A DNA stretch of 64,000 nucleotides from Dimorphilus gyrociliatus (Eukaryota; Animalia; Annelida), in assembly GCA_904063045.1 (NCBI GenBank), contig CAJFCJ010000024.1, positions 558,001 to 622,000 on the forward strand, in the 5' to 3' direction. Below the pieces are notes generated by a model, which saw nothing but the letters and a program-made list of their open reading frames with translations, did not search any database and was not told where the DNA came from. Positions 25,201-38,647 of this stretch are shown piece by piece. Within the stretch, counting starts at the first letter, position 1. Each line of letters begins with the position of its first letter. Both the position numbers and the translations under genes were made by a program.

Positions 25201-28200
25201 GATGTAGTCTTTTCCCTCCCTTTCACTTCTCTTTACTTTATTACTTTACTCTATATATAGTTTTACAATGCAGACTCAATTTTTTTTATTTAAATTTAAC
25301 TAGAGTATTATTAATTATCACCCTTCCAACCCCTCCAGACGTATCTCGTTAGCAGCAGCAGTCGGTTTTTGACATTTCCGTTTGTTTACAAACTTATACA
25401 GTAGTCTGCGGTAAACCCAAGTTTGAAAAAAGGTCTCCTCTAAATGAATAATAACATTTAATTTAACTTTTAAATTGCACTTTCTAGCTATCCATCTCTA
25501 TTTTTTTGTTATCCTTCTCTTTTTTCTTTATATAAACAGGACCGAAGTTGATGGTAGTCGTGGCAACGGATTCAAAATTATAGCAACGGCTTATTCGGAA
25601 GGTATCAATTATTTTTTATGATTTAACCTTTTTTAGTAACCTTTTAAAAAAATGGCTGACATTTTTTTGAGTGATCGAAGAGAAAATAAGAAGCGTTTTT
25701 TTAATTGAAAAACGGCTCCTAGAGCGGCTATTAATCGAACCAATTCGGCTTCCTTTATCGATTACGTGTGTTGTTTCTTTGTTCTTCATTCCGTCTAAAC
25801 TATTTCCTTAAATCTGGCATATTCTAGGGCGTTTGGTACGATGCCCTATTGACCCATATCCCCTACTCCTGCCGACCCTCCTCCACTACTCTATGCTGCC
25901 CTCTCCTCTTGAAATTAGATTAGGAAGGACCCTGGGAAAATAGCTTAGCTCTTGACGTCGTCTAATTCTGTCGACAAACAAACGTCGAATCGAAACTTTC
26001 TTTCTCTTTTTATATATCTGACGTTTGTAAGGGAGTTCTTTATTTACTTGATAAAAACGAAAGAAAGAAAGAACTGCAACCACTATCTTGTTCGCTCGAG
26101 GTCAAAAAGACGATCATAATAAATTTCATCTTTACTGTAATAAGAGGAAAATTATACGCCTAATATAACAAGGTAATCTATCACTCGTATACCTGTCTTT
26201 GGAAACAAAATTAGACGGTTATACGTTAAAAATAGCCAGAAATTTCTTTTCGATCCGTGACCGAACGTCTTTCCTAATGCAAATAAATAGCACAAACAAA
26301 TGGGACTGTTTTTTCTTTCAATCTTGCATGCGACTGGAAAGACACAGGAGAGTTATATCACGACCTATTGACCCATTTGTTTCTTTATATTGTTTAATTG
26401 AATATTTTTATTGGCTGATGTATGATTTTTATATTTTTTAAATGCCATTTCAACGATTGTATCTCTTCTTCTTTGTTTTTATAAGTAAAAAAGCTAAATT
26501 AATGTTTTTATTCGCCTTTGGCTTAACAAAAAGTAAAAGCTAGTAAAAAAAAGGAGAAAAAGAGTAATTCTATATGTTATCAATCATCTATTTCACGATG
26601 GAAAGTGTTGATTCACAATAGAAAATTTTTACTCTCTTGTTTCCCTATTTTTATCTTCCCTCATCCTCTTATTGGATTATTAACTTTTTCTATATTTAAA
26701 GTATGTAATGTATATAAATATAAGCTTTTGGGATAGTAACAATACGAGATATTGAGAAAGAAAGGAAGAGGGGAAGGAAGGTGGGTTTATTGTTTCCCTA
26801 TAGAACATACATTTTTTATAGACAGCTTTTAAGATTCTTCATCAAACTATTATATCTTTTTTATGATACAATTAAACGTTGAATTGAACAGAAAGAGCTC
26901 TACTTTTTCTCTTTAAAAAAAATTCTTCTCTTCTTTCACTCATTTATAAAAAGCTTCGTGTATACATCAGCAAATGTGACGCCATTTTACTTTGTTATTT
27001 CAAACAATAATTCCCTTTTTAATGTATTGTTTACTCTATATTTTTGTATTTGTGCTCCTCTTAGCTAAAGCAAAACTCAGGGAATACCAAGAAAATGCTT
27101 GTCCATCATACGATGGTGGTAGGCGATTCCAATGTGAGAACGGACGGTGCATTGATAATATGCTGGTATGTGATAATACTGATCACTGCGGAGACCTAAG
27201 CGATGAAGATATTCGCTATTGTCGATCACAAACAAGTTGGTAGCATTATTCATTTTTTTCGTTATTTCCCCGCCTTTTCGCAGAGTAACCTCTTTTATCA
27301 TGGTAAAAAGTAGAGTTATATGAACAACATGTGCGTACGTGTGCGCGTGTGCAACGAAGTAAAAGCAAAAAAATAGGGAAGAAAGATAGAGTGCGTGTGT
27401 GTTAGAGAAGTAAGAGAAGAGAGACAGAGTGAGAGAGGGCGAGAGAGCAAGGGAATAAGAGAGAGAGAAAAGAGGGATCGGTGGAAGTGGTATTAATTTT
27501 AGGCCTACTTCAATAGAACTTGAAACTATTTCAGTGGCAGTTACCTATTTCAAGCCTTTACGTAACTCTTTTTTTAAGTCGTTTACTTTAAAAAGACTAT
27601 TCTATCCACGTCTTTATTATTAAGTTTAAACATATAGAACGATAGTATGTCTGTCACTTTTTCTATAGGCCAATGGACTTATTTTTTGTGTTATTATTTA
27701 TATTAAAGTCTACCTTCGAGAGGGGTAAATTACTCCTTTTTTCTAATATTATTGCCCCTTTCCCCTTTGCTAAGAATACTTGGAGGAGTTTTTGATAGCA
27801 TTACGCAATTCATTGTATTTGTTCACGGTTCAATAAAAATTTCTTCATTGTATGGAGTTTTAATTAAATTTAAGAACTTACTTGTTTCACGTAATCAATC
27901 GACTTTGCTTTTATAATTTCTAATTAACAAAGACTGCCATCTGGGTTACTTAAGACTACTAATAACGATCATGAAAATATCTATGGAAAGAGCTAATTGA
28001 CAAAGCTCTTCAATGTAGTTGAAAGAGTTCTTTAAAAAGAATGAAAGAAAGGAAGAAAGAATATAATTCTAAAATAAAATGTAGGTTATAATATAATCCT
28101 ATACAAACTTTACAGTTGTTGTGATACCATACATATTAAATATCTTATAAAAATAAATAATTAAGTTATAGATGACTTTTCATATTCTATGACCATTATA

Positions 28201-31200
28201 TATTTTATAGTATGAAAAGAACTAATATTTTCTTCCCCTATTTTCATGAAAATTATTCTTTTGAAAGAAAAATAAGACTAATTTATTTCTCCATTTACTC
28301 TGAAACAATTTCTAATATTTCAAGGAAACTATAAGCAGCGAAAAATGAAGCTTTTTCAATGTAAACACATATTTATAAGGATATATAAGAGGTTAAATAA
28401 TAATTTTATTTAAAATTAAATTCAAAACACTAGAAAAAGTATTATATAAGAAATCAATAGAAATTTTAAATAGTAAGGTAAAAATTCTTAGTGCAGAAAT
28501 CTCATGTTACAAATGCTATATGTCTAATATTCACATTGGTATCGTTAAAATAAAATAAAAGAACAAGTGACTATGACGTGTAAAAAAAAAAGGAAAAGAA
28601 AATTGTAAGATAAAGTACTAGCAGCTTTTATATATTTGAGTATTGTAAGGATAAATTGGTGTACTGAAGATGCTTAAAAGGGCTCGCAATCCATTTGATT
28701 GTTTGATGAAGGTTTCAGACATTTGTATATAACAATAAATCTCTTAATTTTATAGTTTTTCTATATTAATTCGTCTATTTTCTCTCCGTTAAATTATACT
28801 CATATTGTAAATAGTAACGAAGATATTGTCTGCTAATGATAATATTGAATAATTATTTAAATAATTCAATTCAGTTAACTTTACCATTTTCCCCTTTAGT
28901 TTTAACCTTTACTTTTATATATATATATAAAAAAAGAGTAGTGCAACTAATCGCAATCAAAATATTTTTTCATGGCTTCTGATCAAAAATAAGAAAAAGT
29001 TCGCAGGAAAGGAAAAAATGAAGATAGAAAGAGTTTATAATTCTTTCCCTTCATCCTTTACTATCCTCTAAGGTTTTTCATCCATCTTACTTCTCAATTG
29101 TTCTATTTTTTCTATATTTTCCCATTCCTAAGGCTTATAGACTATAAAATCAAACATAAGATAATGAATCAAAGCATTAAGTTACTTACTGTTTGAATAA
29201 GGAATCTTATATGCAAATTTTATTCTTTATATGATAGTTTATATAAGATCAAGGAAAATAAAAAGTAAGACAGTACTGAATTTCTCTACTATTTAAACTT
29301 ATATTGTATTTTATTATTTTCAATAGTTCATAAGTTTAAATATATCAAACTTTACAAAGAATTACTAAACTAGTAGAGTTTGACAGATCCTTCTGCAGAA
29401 TTTTTTTAGAAATACTTCTCAACCAATCTTTTCCATCAATTTTATTTGGTACGAACATACACAGATGCAACCTACATCTATAATCTATTTTATAGAGTCG
29501 TGTATAAATATATCTGAAAAATATTTACTGCAGTGGAAAATTGTAAAAATTTTACGCCAATTGGTATATACGTAAAGGTGCAGTATTCTTAACCTTCTCT
29601 CTTTTCACCTTATTTAACAGCTAACAGTTTGTAGTACACTTTTAAAAAGTGAGCGTATAACCTTTAAGCTTTCATCAATGTAGCGTGGCCACTCGTCACT
29701 TCCTGTGTTGTCCACGACGCGATAAAAAAAAACGGTTCGTTTCTATGGTGATATTAGTCAAACTTAGAATGTTCGTTTTAGCAATAGACAAAAAAAATCA
29801 CACTCAGGTGATACGGGTAAAAGATGAGATAGTTGGCAAATAGCCTTTGATCCATATCCTTTTAGACTAGGCACGTTGCCTTGGAGACTAGGCTTTTACT
29901 TTCTCATGCATATTGGTGCATTCGATTAAATGATGCTATGATAAAAAAAATTAGGCTTGATCGAACGGTTGCGTAATCTTATTCGTTAGATATTTTGTAG
30001 CATTATTGAAAAAAAAAATATTTTTCTGAGGCGATGCTGCAGCTTCCCTTTATGTTTGTGTGATGTATATGTTACGCAACGAAGAAACGAAAGAAACCTC
30101 TTGGGAACCTTGCCAAAACTGTAATGAATTATGTAATTACAGCTACTTAGCATGTCATCATGATGTCATACATAAGTTAGCAAATATTCATTTTGTATCA
30201 AGTCTTGTCGAACTGCATTTACAAGAGTATGGTAGGTAATTGGCGATCCCACAGGTAAAGAAGTTAAAGTGAGATTCTACAAATGCAGTAGACAACTTGA
30301 GCAGAAGCATAAAGAATTGACAGAAACTCTTAGAATATTAAAAAAAAAGAGTTATTAATGGGAAAAATGAAGGAGACGTCAAGATTATAGGAACTTTTAT
30401 AATATTTACCGGAAGTTAAATTTTATATTAAAAGCATCACATTTTTTTAATGACATATTTTTCTTTAGACTCTCTTACTTTCCTTACAAAATTAAATTGA
30501 AAATAAGACTAAAATTAGAGCAAAATATAGTTAATTTGTATATTTAAGAAACTTATAGTGGGCTTAATTTAAAGAAAAATAAAGTTAGGCAATTGAAATG
30601 ATCGAAATTGGTAGGACGAGGGAAATCTTATTTGTTTTAATACGATTAATCAATTTCGTGCAACCTTGGTAATTGCAATTCCGTTTATCCAATTTGTTCG
30701 AGCTTTTAATGTCTTCATACAGGAATGGAAAGATTGTTTATTTCATTTCCATAATTTCTAGTCTTGTTTATGTGATAAGTTGATTCTATTCTAAAAGAAT
30801 AACAAGATAATGACTATAAATTTATTAATGTAAATTACTGAAGCAATCACAAATAATAAGTCCGATCGCGTCTCTATTAAGCTGAAGCTCTTCTAATATG
30901 CGGTGGGGTAGGCTAACATATGGTTTCTTTTAATTAAAATTACTCAAATTTACCCTGAACAAAAAACAGATTATAAACTACTGTATACTTTTATAAAATA
31001 AAAGAACGGTGCATAAAAAATGTATATACATTCAATTTATATATTGTATATATGCAATAACTAGTTCAAATACTATATATGTATTAGTACATGTATTTTA
31101 TTTATGTGCTGTATATACTAATATTTTGTATATTGTATATAGTATATACAGTATAGTATATATTATATACCATTTATATACCTATTTACACCTAGACTTC

Positions 31201-32443
31201 CATTTAGGACAAATAACTCACACAAGGAATATGGATAAGAGTATCTTACGGCTGACAGCTTATTGCTGTACTTAGACACGTTCGATAACAACATAATTCC
31301 TTGGGCAACCATTTTCACTGCATTTTTCTTATGTATGTTTCCAGTGTGGAAATTACGAAAATTTTATTCTACTTATGCTCGACGTTCTACTACGAATAAT
31401 TACTTAAGTAAATATAATTAGTGTAGGTGGCCTTTAAAATGAACCTTTCGCCCTTTAAACAATATATTAGGCATTAAATAGTGATCGAACTTCTTATTTT
31501 CAATTCAATTACTAATAATACCACTACAAGCATAGAAGTAGAATGTAAAGTACTATAATGCAATTGGTATCGAGAATGAGTGCCTGTGATTTCTCAAATC
31601 TTAATCCATACATCAGATAGACTGTATTTGACTGTATTTGTGTGATGCTTGAGGTATTGATATGCAAATAGTTATCGCATATACTGTAGTAGGGAAAATT
31701 CATTGATACAACTTTTACTCTGGTTCTTATATCAAAGTCTACAAATCAGTAGGAATGACATTTCCCACAAACTATATTTATGCATGGGCTAATAGATAAA
31801 TACCTACGTTTTTTTTCTACAGCGTCTCTCTGGGATTCGCTGCTGTCATTGGGAGTGACGGCCGCAGTTTCGATTGCAGTCGGGGCGGTGCTGTTAATCG
31901 TCCTTCTTCTAGCCTGCATTGTTTGTTGCTGCTGCAAATGTTATCGCAAGAAAGGACAGAAGCGTCCCAAGATGCAGCACTATAATTCAACGCTTCCACC
32001 CTGCCCTACTGCAAATCTTCCTGCTAGCAATGCGACTCCTTTGATGCAGCATTGTTACACTCCCGCATCGTCACACCACCATTATTTGCCCGGTAATAAT
32101 TTTTTTCATTCAAAATAATCGCTAATTAAATCACTACCTAATTATGCAAAATTGATTAGAATTACGTAACACGGCAGCAGCGCCTTCCGGCTATTCTCAT
32201 TCTAGTCAGGCGTCCAACTCCTATAGTGGTTATCACGCTCTACCTCCCGTAGCGCCTCCCAGCACCGGTAGTTCGTACTGCCCATATATTCCACCAGGTG
32301 TCACCACTCAACAGAACTCGTCTGTTCACGGGTCTGCGTATATTCAGCACCAGAGGTCTTATACACCAACAAGTTCAAGATCAAGGGCTGATAGTATAAC
32401 AAGTAGTACATGCAGGAATAACATTCAGCCAGTAAACTTATAA
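19265..32443 (+). CDS. CUB + LDLa single-pass receptor with Cys-rich juxtamembrane and Pro/Ser/Tyr-rich tail (MIG-13/LRP12-like architecture); 5' end incomplete
   Basis: Exons 19265-19512, 21437-21525, 25540-25601, 27065-27235, 31823-32092, 32160-32443, all phase-consistent. CUB (DCQVTLEA..RIMLRFEKFDL..C..FDG..CG..STGRFVTLYF..GFKI), LDLa (FQCENGRCI..VCDNTDHCGDLSDE), TM (GVTAAVSIAVGAVLLIVLLLACIV), CCCCKC, tail ending IQPVNL*. Confidence 0.88.
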
Positions 32444-33580
32444 CGTCATTCAAACGTTACAGACGATTTTCGTTCCTCTATTCAAACTATGTGCTCAAAG
32501 TGTAAAAAAGATTTTTTTTAATGTAAATATTTATCTTTTTATTGTTTCAGGGACTAGTGACAGATTTGTCGTGATTTGTAGCCGCATTATTGTGAGTACG
32601 TTTGTTCCGTGCAAACATTTGATGCATTTTTTATTTCGTTTATTATTTTTCTTTGTATCAGTTATCATGTTTTTCTATATAAAAAAAGCAATCTACTTGT
32701 ATGTGTTGAACCAAATATACATTTTAATATACTGTGTTCTGTATATATACATATATAAATATAAAGGTTTCATATTATCACACCTTCACATACGTTTATA
32801 CAGATATATTTATATACAATATGTACAGTATATACTACTAACATATATATAATATATATATATATATATATTAGCAGTATGCCTTTTTTTAATCTTCGAA
32901 CATTTTCAATGTAAATAATTAATATATTCGTTTATTTAAATAAACATCATGAATAAATTAAGGACGGGTAATATTTCCTTCTATAAAATCTTTTATCTCT
33001 TCTTTCTGCCTCAATTTTAAAATACAATATATCTGATAGATGACGCTTTTATAGATATTTTGTACGAGTATTTGTTTTAAACAGTTGTTAAGTATAATGG
33101 GTTATCTATGAAATTATCATAGAATTCATAGATTTAAGGATATTAAATTACCAAGAAATGATATATAATAAAACGCTTTTAAAGTTGTAAAAGTTGCATC
33201 ATTTTCCAATAATTAATGTCTTTTGTGCAGTTCTATTTTTATTTGGATGATAAAGCTAATTTTACGCAGTTGTGGGGTCGAATAATTATGTTTAACAAAA
33301 AAGGGTTATGAATATTTTACTAAAGCTTTTCAATGTATTTTATAATTGGCTTATTTATAAAGATTTCTAATGTATTTACGTCCAGTTACATCCGTATAAT
33401 CTATTACGATATAACGGTAGTGCAATTAACCACAAACGGAAATCACTCAATTAATTTTGCAAATCATGGAAAGAAGAATAGGCTATAAATTCACTTAACA
33501 AACAATCGAAGCATAATAAATGTACGGAAGCTTCGATTTTCAACATAAACGCTTAATTATTCAAAAAACCATCTATGAAC

Positions 33581-33588
33581 TATATAAA
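33581..33588 (+). promoter_or_regulatory. Candidate TATA box of the cysteine-repeat gene
   Basis: TATATAAA about 110 nt upstream of ATG 33695; weak evidence given the AT-rich background. Confidence 0.3.
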
Positions 33589-33694
33589 TTAGCTGCCATT
33601 TTTTTTGCATAGTTAAAGGAGGCGTCGCTAGCGTCGACTTTAATAAAAAGAATTTCTTTCCCCAGTTTTGCCAAAACTTCTCTGTTGGAAGATT

Positions 33695-35337
33695 ATGAGA
33701 CGAAGGTTGACTTTATCATGTTATTTTTATTTGGTCATATTTGGTAAGTAATTGAAAATGATGAATTTGAATGATATTATTTAAATTAGATATAAAATCT
33801 TTAAATAAATGTTTTATTCGTAAAATTTTATATTTTCCAAGTGTCAGTTACTAAACTAAGAACAATAGAATTCATTTTTATTAATAACGGAGAAGATGGT
33901 AAAGATATAATTTCCAGACCAAACTTAAAGTTTGTTTCATCTTCCTGGAAATATAGCTCAACTTAAAAGAACTACTCCTGTAATAAAAACAATACTCTTT
34001 ATGTTTCTTTCTTGAAAACAGAATTAATAGATTATATATAAAAACTTTTGATATTTTTAATTAATTTCCAAGAAGACATTAACAAACATATAGGGTCTCT
34101 CTTTTAGATAAATAGTATCATTTCTTAAATAAAGCGATAGTTAGATAATTCATAAATATATAGATGTACAGTAGTAATAGAAAAATATTAACTATCATTT
34201 AATTATTTCTTCCCTAAACAGTCGGCTGTAATCTTGGTTACTCTTTCCAAGTTGATAAATAGTAAGTTTTAAATTTTTTATTATATAGTTTTATTTTTTC
34301 CTTTATATTCTTACTTACTAACTTTTTTTATCTTATATGGAATCTGTTGAAAATTCTTTCCAACTGTCTTTCAATAAAACAGTTAAAGATGATCTTTACA
34401 ATTGTATATATATATATAGAACATTTTTACACATGCCATTTATATGTATAATGTACCAGTTATTTCCAAGTGATTAATAATAAGAAACTTAATTGAAAGT
34501 TTATTAGGAAACTGAATTAATAGGAATTTCATAAAATACTAGTTTTTCTTCCTTTTTTTATTATTACTCATTAACGTCGGATTATGGCAAATCGTTCGAC
34601 TTGCTAGGTTAAATTAAAGTAATTTTCCTAGTTTATCGATTTCAATTAGGATGATTATTCCAAACCAGATTATACGACATAAAAATTAATTCTAAGCGAA
34701 AGAACAGCATTATATATATATTAAAAAAATATGTATAGGTATGTATTATTTAAAGAAAATGAATAGAATCCATTTTTAATCGGAACAAAAAAATTTCTAC
34801 TTCTATGAACGTCTATTTATATATGTTTACTATTTATTTATGTATTACATGAATAGAACGTAAACAAAATAAATAAATAAATTTTCATAATACAGCTCGG
34901 AAGACTGTCAAAAGAGCCTCTGCACCCGACTTAAAGGAGGAGAACTTCAACGTTGTGTTGATCTCTATTGTAATGGCGTTAACGCGAATAATTGGCCAAT
35001 GAACCCATACCCAAGTTTCGCGTCGATCTGCGTACACCAACTCTGCCCAAATTTGACTGGGTTTTCTTTGTTAAAATGCTCCAAAGAAAAATGCTTAATA
35101 TCATCCATATTTGACCTACCCAACAAATGGGAAATTGAAGTTCCCGAATGCGCGGCTAATTGTCCAAAAGAAGATTCCTATTACGACTGTTTAGTTAACT
35201 CATGCGGAAATGTCGAAAACACAAACGCACAGAAAATTTCTAAAAGATGGAGTCATCGTGTCTGTATGGACTCGTACTGCAAAAATTTGGCAAAAGTCAA
35301 ATATTTTATTTGCGGTCAAACACATTGTAACAAGTAA
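33695..35337 (+). CDS. Secreted cysteine-rich precursor with four 4-Cys repeats, 3 exons, 176 aa (function unknown, prohormone- or toxin-like)
   Basis: Exons 33695-33743 (TTTG|GTAAGT), 34222-34261 (AATA|GTAAGT), 34896-35337; 531 nt, in frame. Signal peptide MRRRLTLSCYFYLVIFVGCNLG. Repeats CQKSLC-x10-CVDLYC, CVHQLC-x10-CSKEKC, CAANC-x8-CLVNSC, and KR-WSHRV-CMDSYC-x10-CGQTHC. A donor at 35334 could add a short extra exon (for example ...NKIF* via the acceptor near 35532). Confidence 0.85.
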
Positions 35338-38300
35338 GTTTTCAGAATAGGATGAAAGGAAAAAATACAGAATTATTACATTAAAGAAAGAAATTTTAAC
35401 CCATTTTTTCCCTTTCAATTACAAACTTAGTTATATTTTTTTTTTGCCTTTTATTTCTTTTCTTTTTGAAAAAAGATTGAGAAAATAAAAAATATGAAAA
35501 TTCAATTTTTATTTTGTTACTTTTTTCCATATAGAATATTTTGAACAGACAAGAAAACTACAATTTTGTATTAAGTATTTTTTATCTTTTTTTTTTGAAC
35601 GATATCATTGGAAATCGTATATAAAACTATCTTTAACAGTATATATGTCTATACCAATTTTGGTATAGAACTTTGGTGCAAAAGATAATTTTCTATATTC
35701 AAAATTAACAAACTTATTTATGAAAGAGCGTTTATATTTAGACGGTTTTTTTTAAAGTTTCAGATAATGGATGTGAGCATCTAATAAAAATTTGGACCCT
35801 AAAAATTATCCCAACTTTTTTTATTTAAGTATTAAACAATAATGACAAAAGAGCAACAAGTTAAATTAGCTAAAACGATATTATATATTTTGAAAGTTAA
35901 AAGGATAAATAAATAATGGGAAAAGGCGTTTTTTCCTCTCTTTTCATAACATAATCTCTTTATGTTCTCTGCTCCTATACTCTTAACTATTCCTTTATCA
36001 TTCTTTGTCTCTCGCTCTATCTTTGTGTATCTTTTCAAAGTCAGTCTAATACTTTTTCCCTTTTATTTATAACTTTATCAAGCCAACGACATAATAGCTA
36101 TAGCTGAATATACAATAATAGAATATAATAAAATGACCAAGTATGTTAAATCCTGTTTTGTTAAATGTCAACAAGAAAAGAAAGAAAATGAAAATCCTTT
36201 TCTCTCTCGCAAAATACTTCTTTTTTATTATCGAAAGAATAAATTTTAATATTTGAAGTAATAAAAGCTAATCAATTAGTAATAGTAAACAATCGAACGG
36301 AAGTATTCTGTTATATTCTTATAATACGGATAAACTGTTTCCTTTTCAATACAATTTCGATGTATTAGCAATTTTTCGGTTTTAAAATAAATTAAGCGTA
36401 AATATTCTATTGGAAAATAACTATACTAAATAAGCAATAATGTTATGAAAAGGAAAAAATGGCCGTAAAAGCGATATTAAGAACAAACAAGGCGAAATAG
36501 AAATCGAATTCTAAACATTTGTATATGTTACATTTTATAGCTTATTAATATTAAAGGAGGAGTGTTTTTGCGTACGATTTAATTAGATACAATTAAGTTG
36601 AATAATTATATCTAGAAAATAATATATCATATATTAAATATGTAGGTTCATTGTGTAATTTTTTCTCATTAGCATAGAGCATGATTTTTATATCGGTTAG
36701 CATAGAAATTTCTAATATTACTAATTGTCAGTAAAAAAAGGCGGGCTATAACACATTTGTGTATTGGAGACACTTATCGTGTTGTAATATGACATATGAC
36801 GTAGAATACCACCTAAATTTTGTAATTTTATAATAGATCTCATAACTGATTAATGAAAACTTGTTCAATAATTTGAGACCAGAAAAATTCTAATTCTTTT
36901 TGAGATTACCTCAGAATAGTGATACGAACTTTATTCTATTGATAAATACCCAACTCAAATTCTTTCTTTGTCAAATAGAAAAAGAAAAACTCATTAAGAA
37001 TCTTCAGAGAGAGGCAATTTTATTTCTTATAGGTTTAAGACTGCCTTAACGCAAGAACACATAATGAAAATACCATTTTATGGTATGCAATAAATTAACA
37101 TCGAACATTTTTTGCTAAGAGAAAGCTCTTTAATTGCAGTTTTATTACAATCTGTACTTCCGTTAACTAGTAGTAATTTTCTAATGTTTGCATTTTAACC
37201 CTGGAAAGCAAACTAGATAGTGATCAATTTACATTTGTACTGCATATTTCTTATCTACACAAACTTTAATGTATGAATGTATTCGTATCACCTACGCGAA
37301 AGGCTAATTTGTCAAACGCTCTGTAAAATAAGCAAAGGGTTAATTTTCAAGATCAATGAGAGGAATAAAAGTAAAAGTTAGAAACTTTTATCAAGTCAGA
37401 ACACAACACTTGAGTCAATCATTTATCATAGATATATTTCATTTTCTTATCTATGAAGCCGAAGTTTTAATAATTTCTAAAAGATAATGAAGAATAAAGG
37501 GAATATGAAAATATTTCAAAGAATGAAAACTGTAAAATTAATTGCTGAAAAGGGAAAATAGAAAAGAAATGTTAAAAATAAGATTGATATGAGAATTGAA
37601 AAAAAGACATCTCTAGAAGAATTATTCATGATATTTACGATTAATAATAATAGACATTGATATGCAAGCAAGCATTCTCTTTTTTACTATTAGGCAAAAG
37701 AGTAGAAAGTATGAATGTAGAAATAATTTTAATAGGCACGCTATATTTTGCTTATTCGTTTAAATTGAAGATGATATTTCCAGTTAAATTTAACATTCTT
37801 TAAAGAATGAATAAGGAAAAAATTCAATTTTTCATTTTCTTTGTAAGGTAATTATATAATCAATGTGTACTGCTTTTAAAAAATAATACGACAAGGTAAT
37901 TTACTTGGTATTTAACACAAAGTTAATTTAATTTTTCATATATGTCTTTTTATCTATTTTTATTTGAATAGCAAACATACGTATTATCAAATCATCTTCT
38001 TCAATACGAAGTAACTTTAAGTCTTGTTAGTCAACAAAGTGGAAGTAGAAATGGAAATTATGAACATAATTAGCTGCAGTCGCCATCTATCAATTTCTTC
38101 CCTTAATGACGTATTTTTATTGTTCAGTTCTTTTAGTCAATAACTAAGGATAATGTAATTAATTAACAACATTTAATGAATAGAATATGAGTATATAATT
38201 ATATATTCTGATAGTCTTAATTATGATAAACTTTTGTGTAATGTCTACTAGTAGTAGTATCTACTGAGTTAAGAAAATATATATAATTTATTATATATAC

Positions 38301-38647
38301 ATCATTTTTGAGACATTTCTAACTATATTTAGAAAAGAAGAATTTCATCTTTTGGGTTAAAAAAAAAAGAAACTTTACCTGAGCTATAGCTATAAAATCA
38401 TTGTCTGCTACGTTAAATTTAGCATAAACTATATATTTCTTCTTTCTTTTCATATCTATATCTATAAATATACATTCAATAGTTATTTATATTTCGAAAG
38501 TTCATGAAAACATAAACATGCGATAACAATATAAACATGTATATGTACATCAATTTACGAGAACGTGATAATCTTGTTCAAAGCTTTTTTATCACTTTCT
38601 CTCAATCAAGAAATATGTTTCAATAATTTTATTCTAAAGCTTGAAAA

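Noticed and set aside
31009-31275. 88-aa ORF, and the similar one at 32571-32852
   Set aside because: Ile/Tyr-rich translations of TA-rich low-complexity DNA.
36083-38430. Small exon-like segments (+ 36083-36140 and 37034-37083; - 38428-38379 and 38032-37992)
   Set aside because: Plausible splice sites and short open frames, but no start, no coherent product and incompatible phases on the minus strand.
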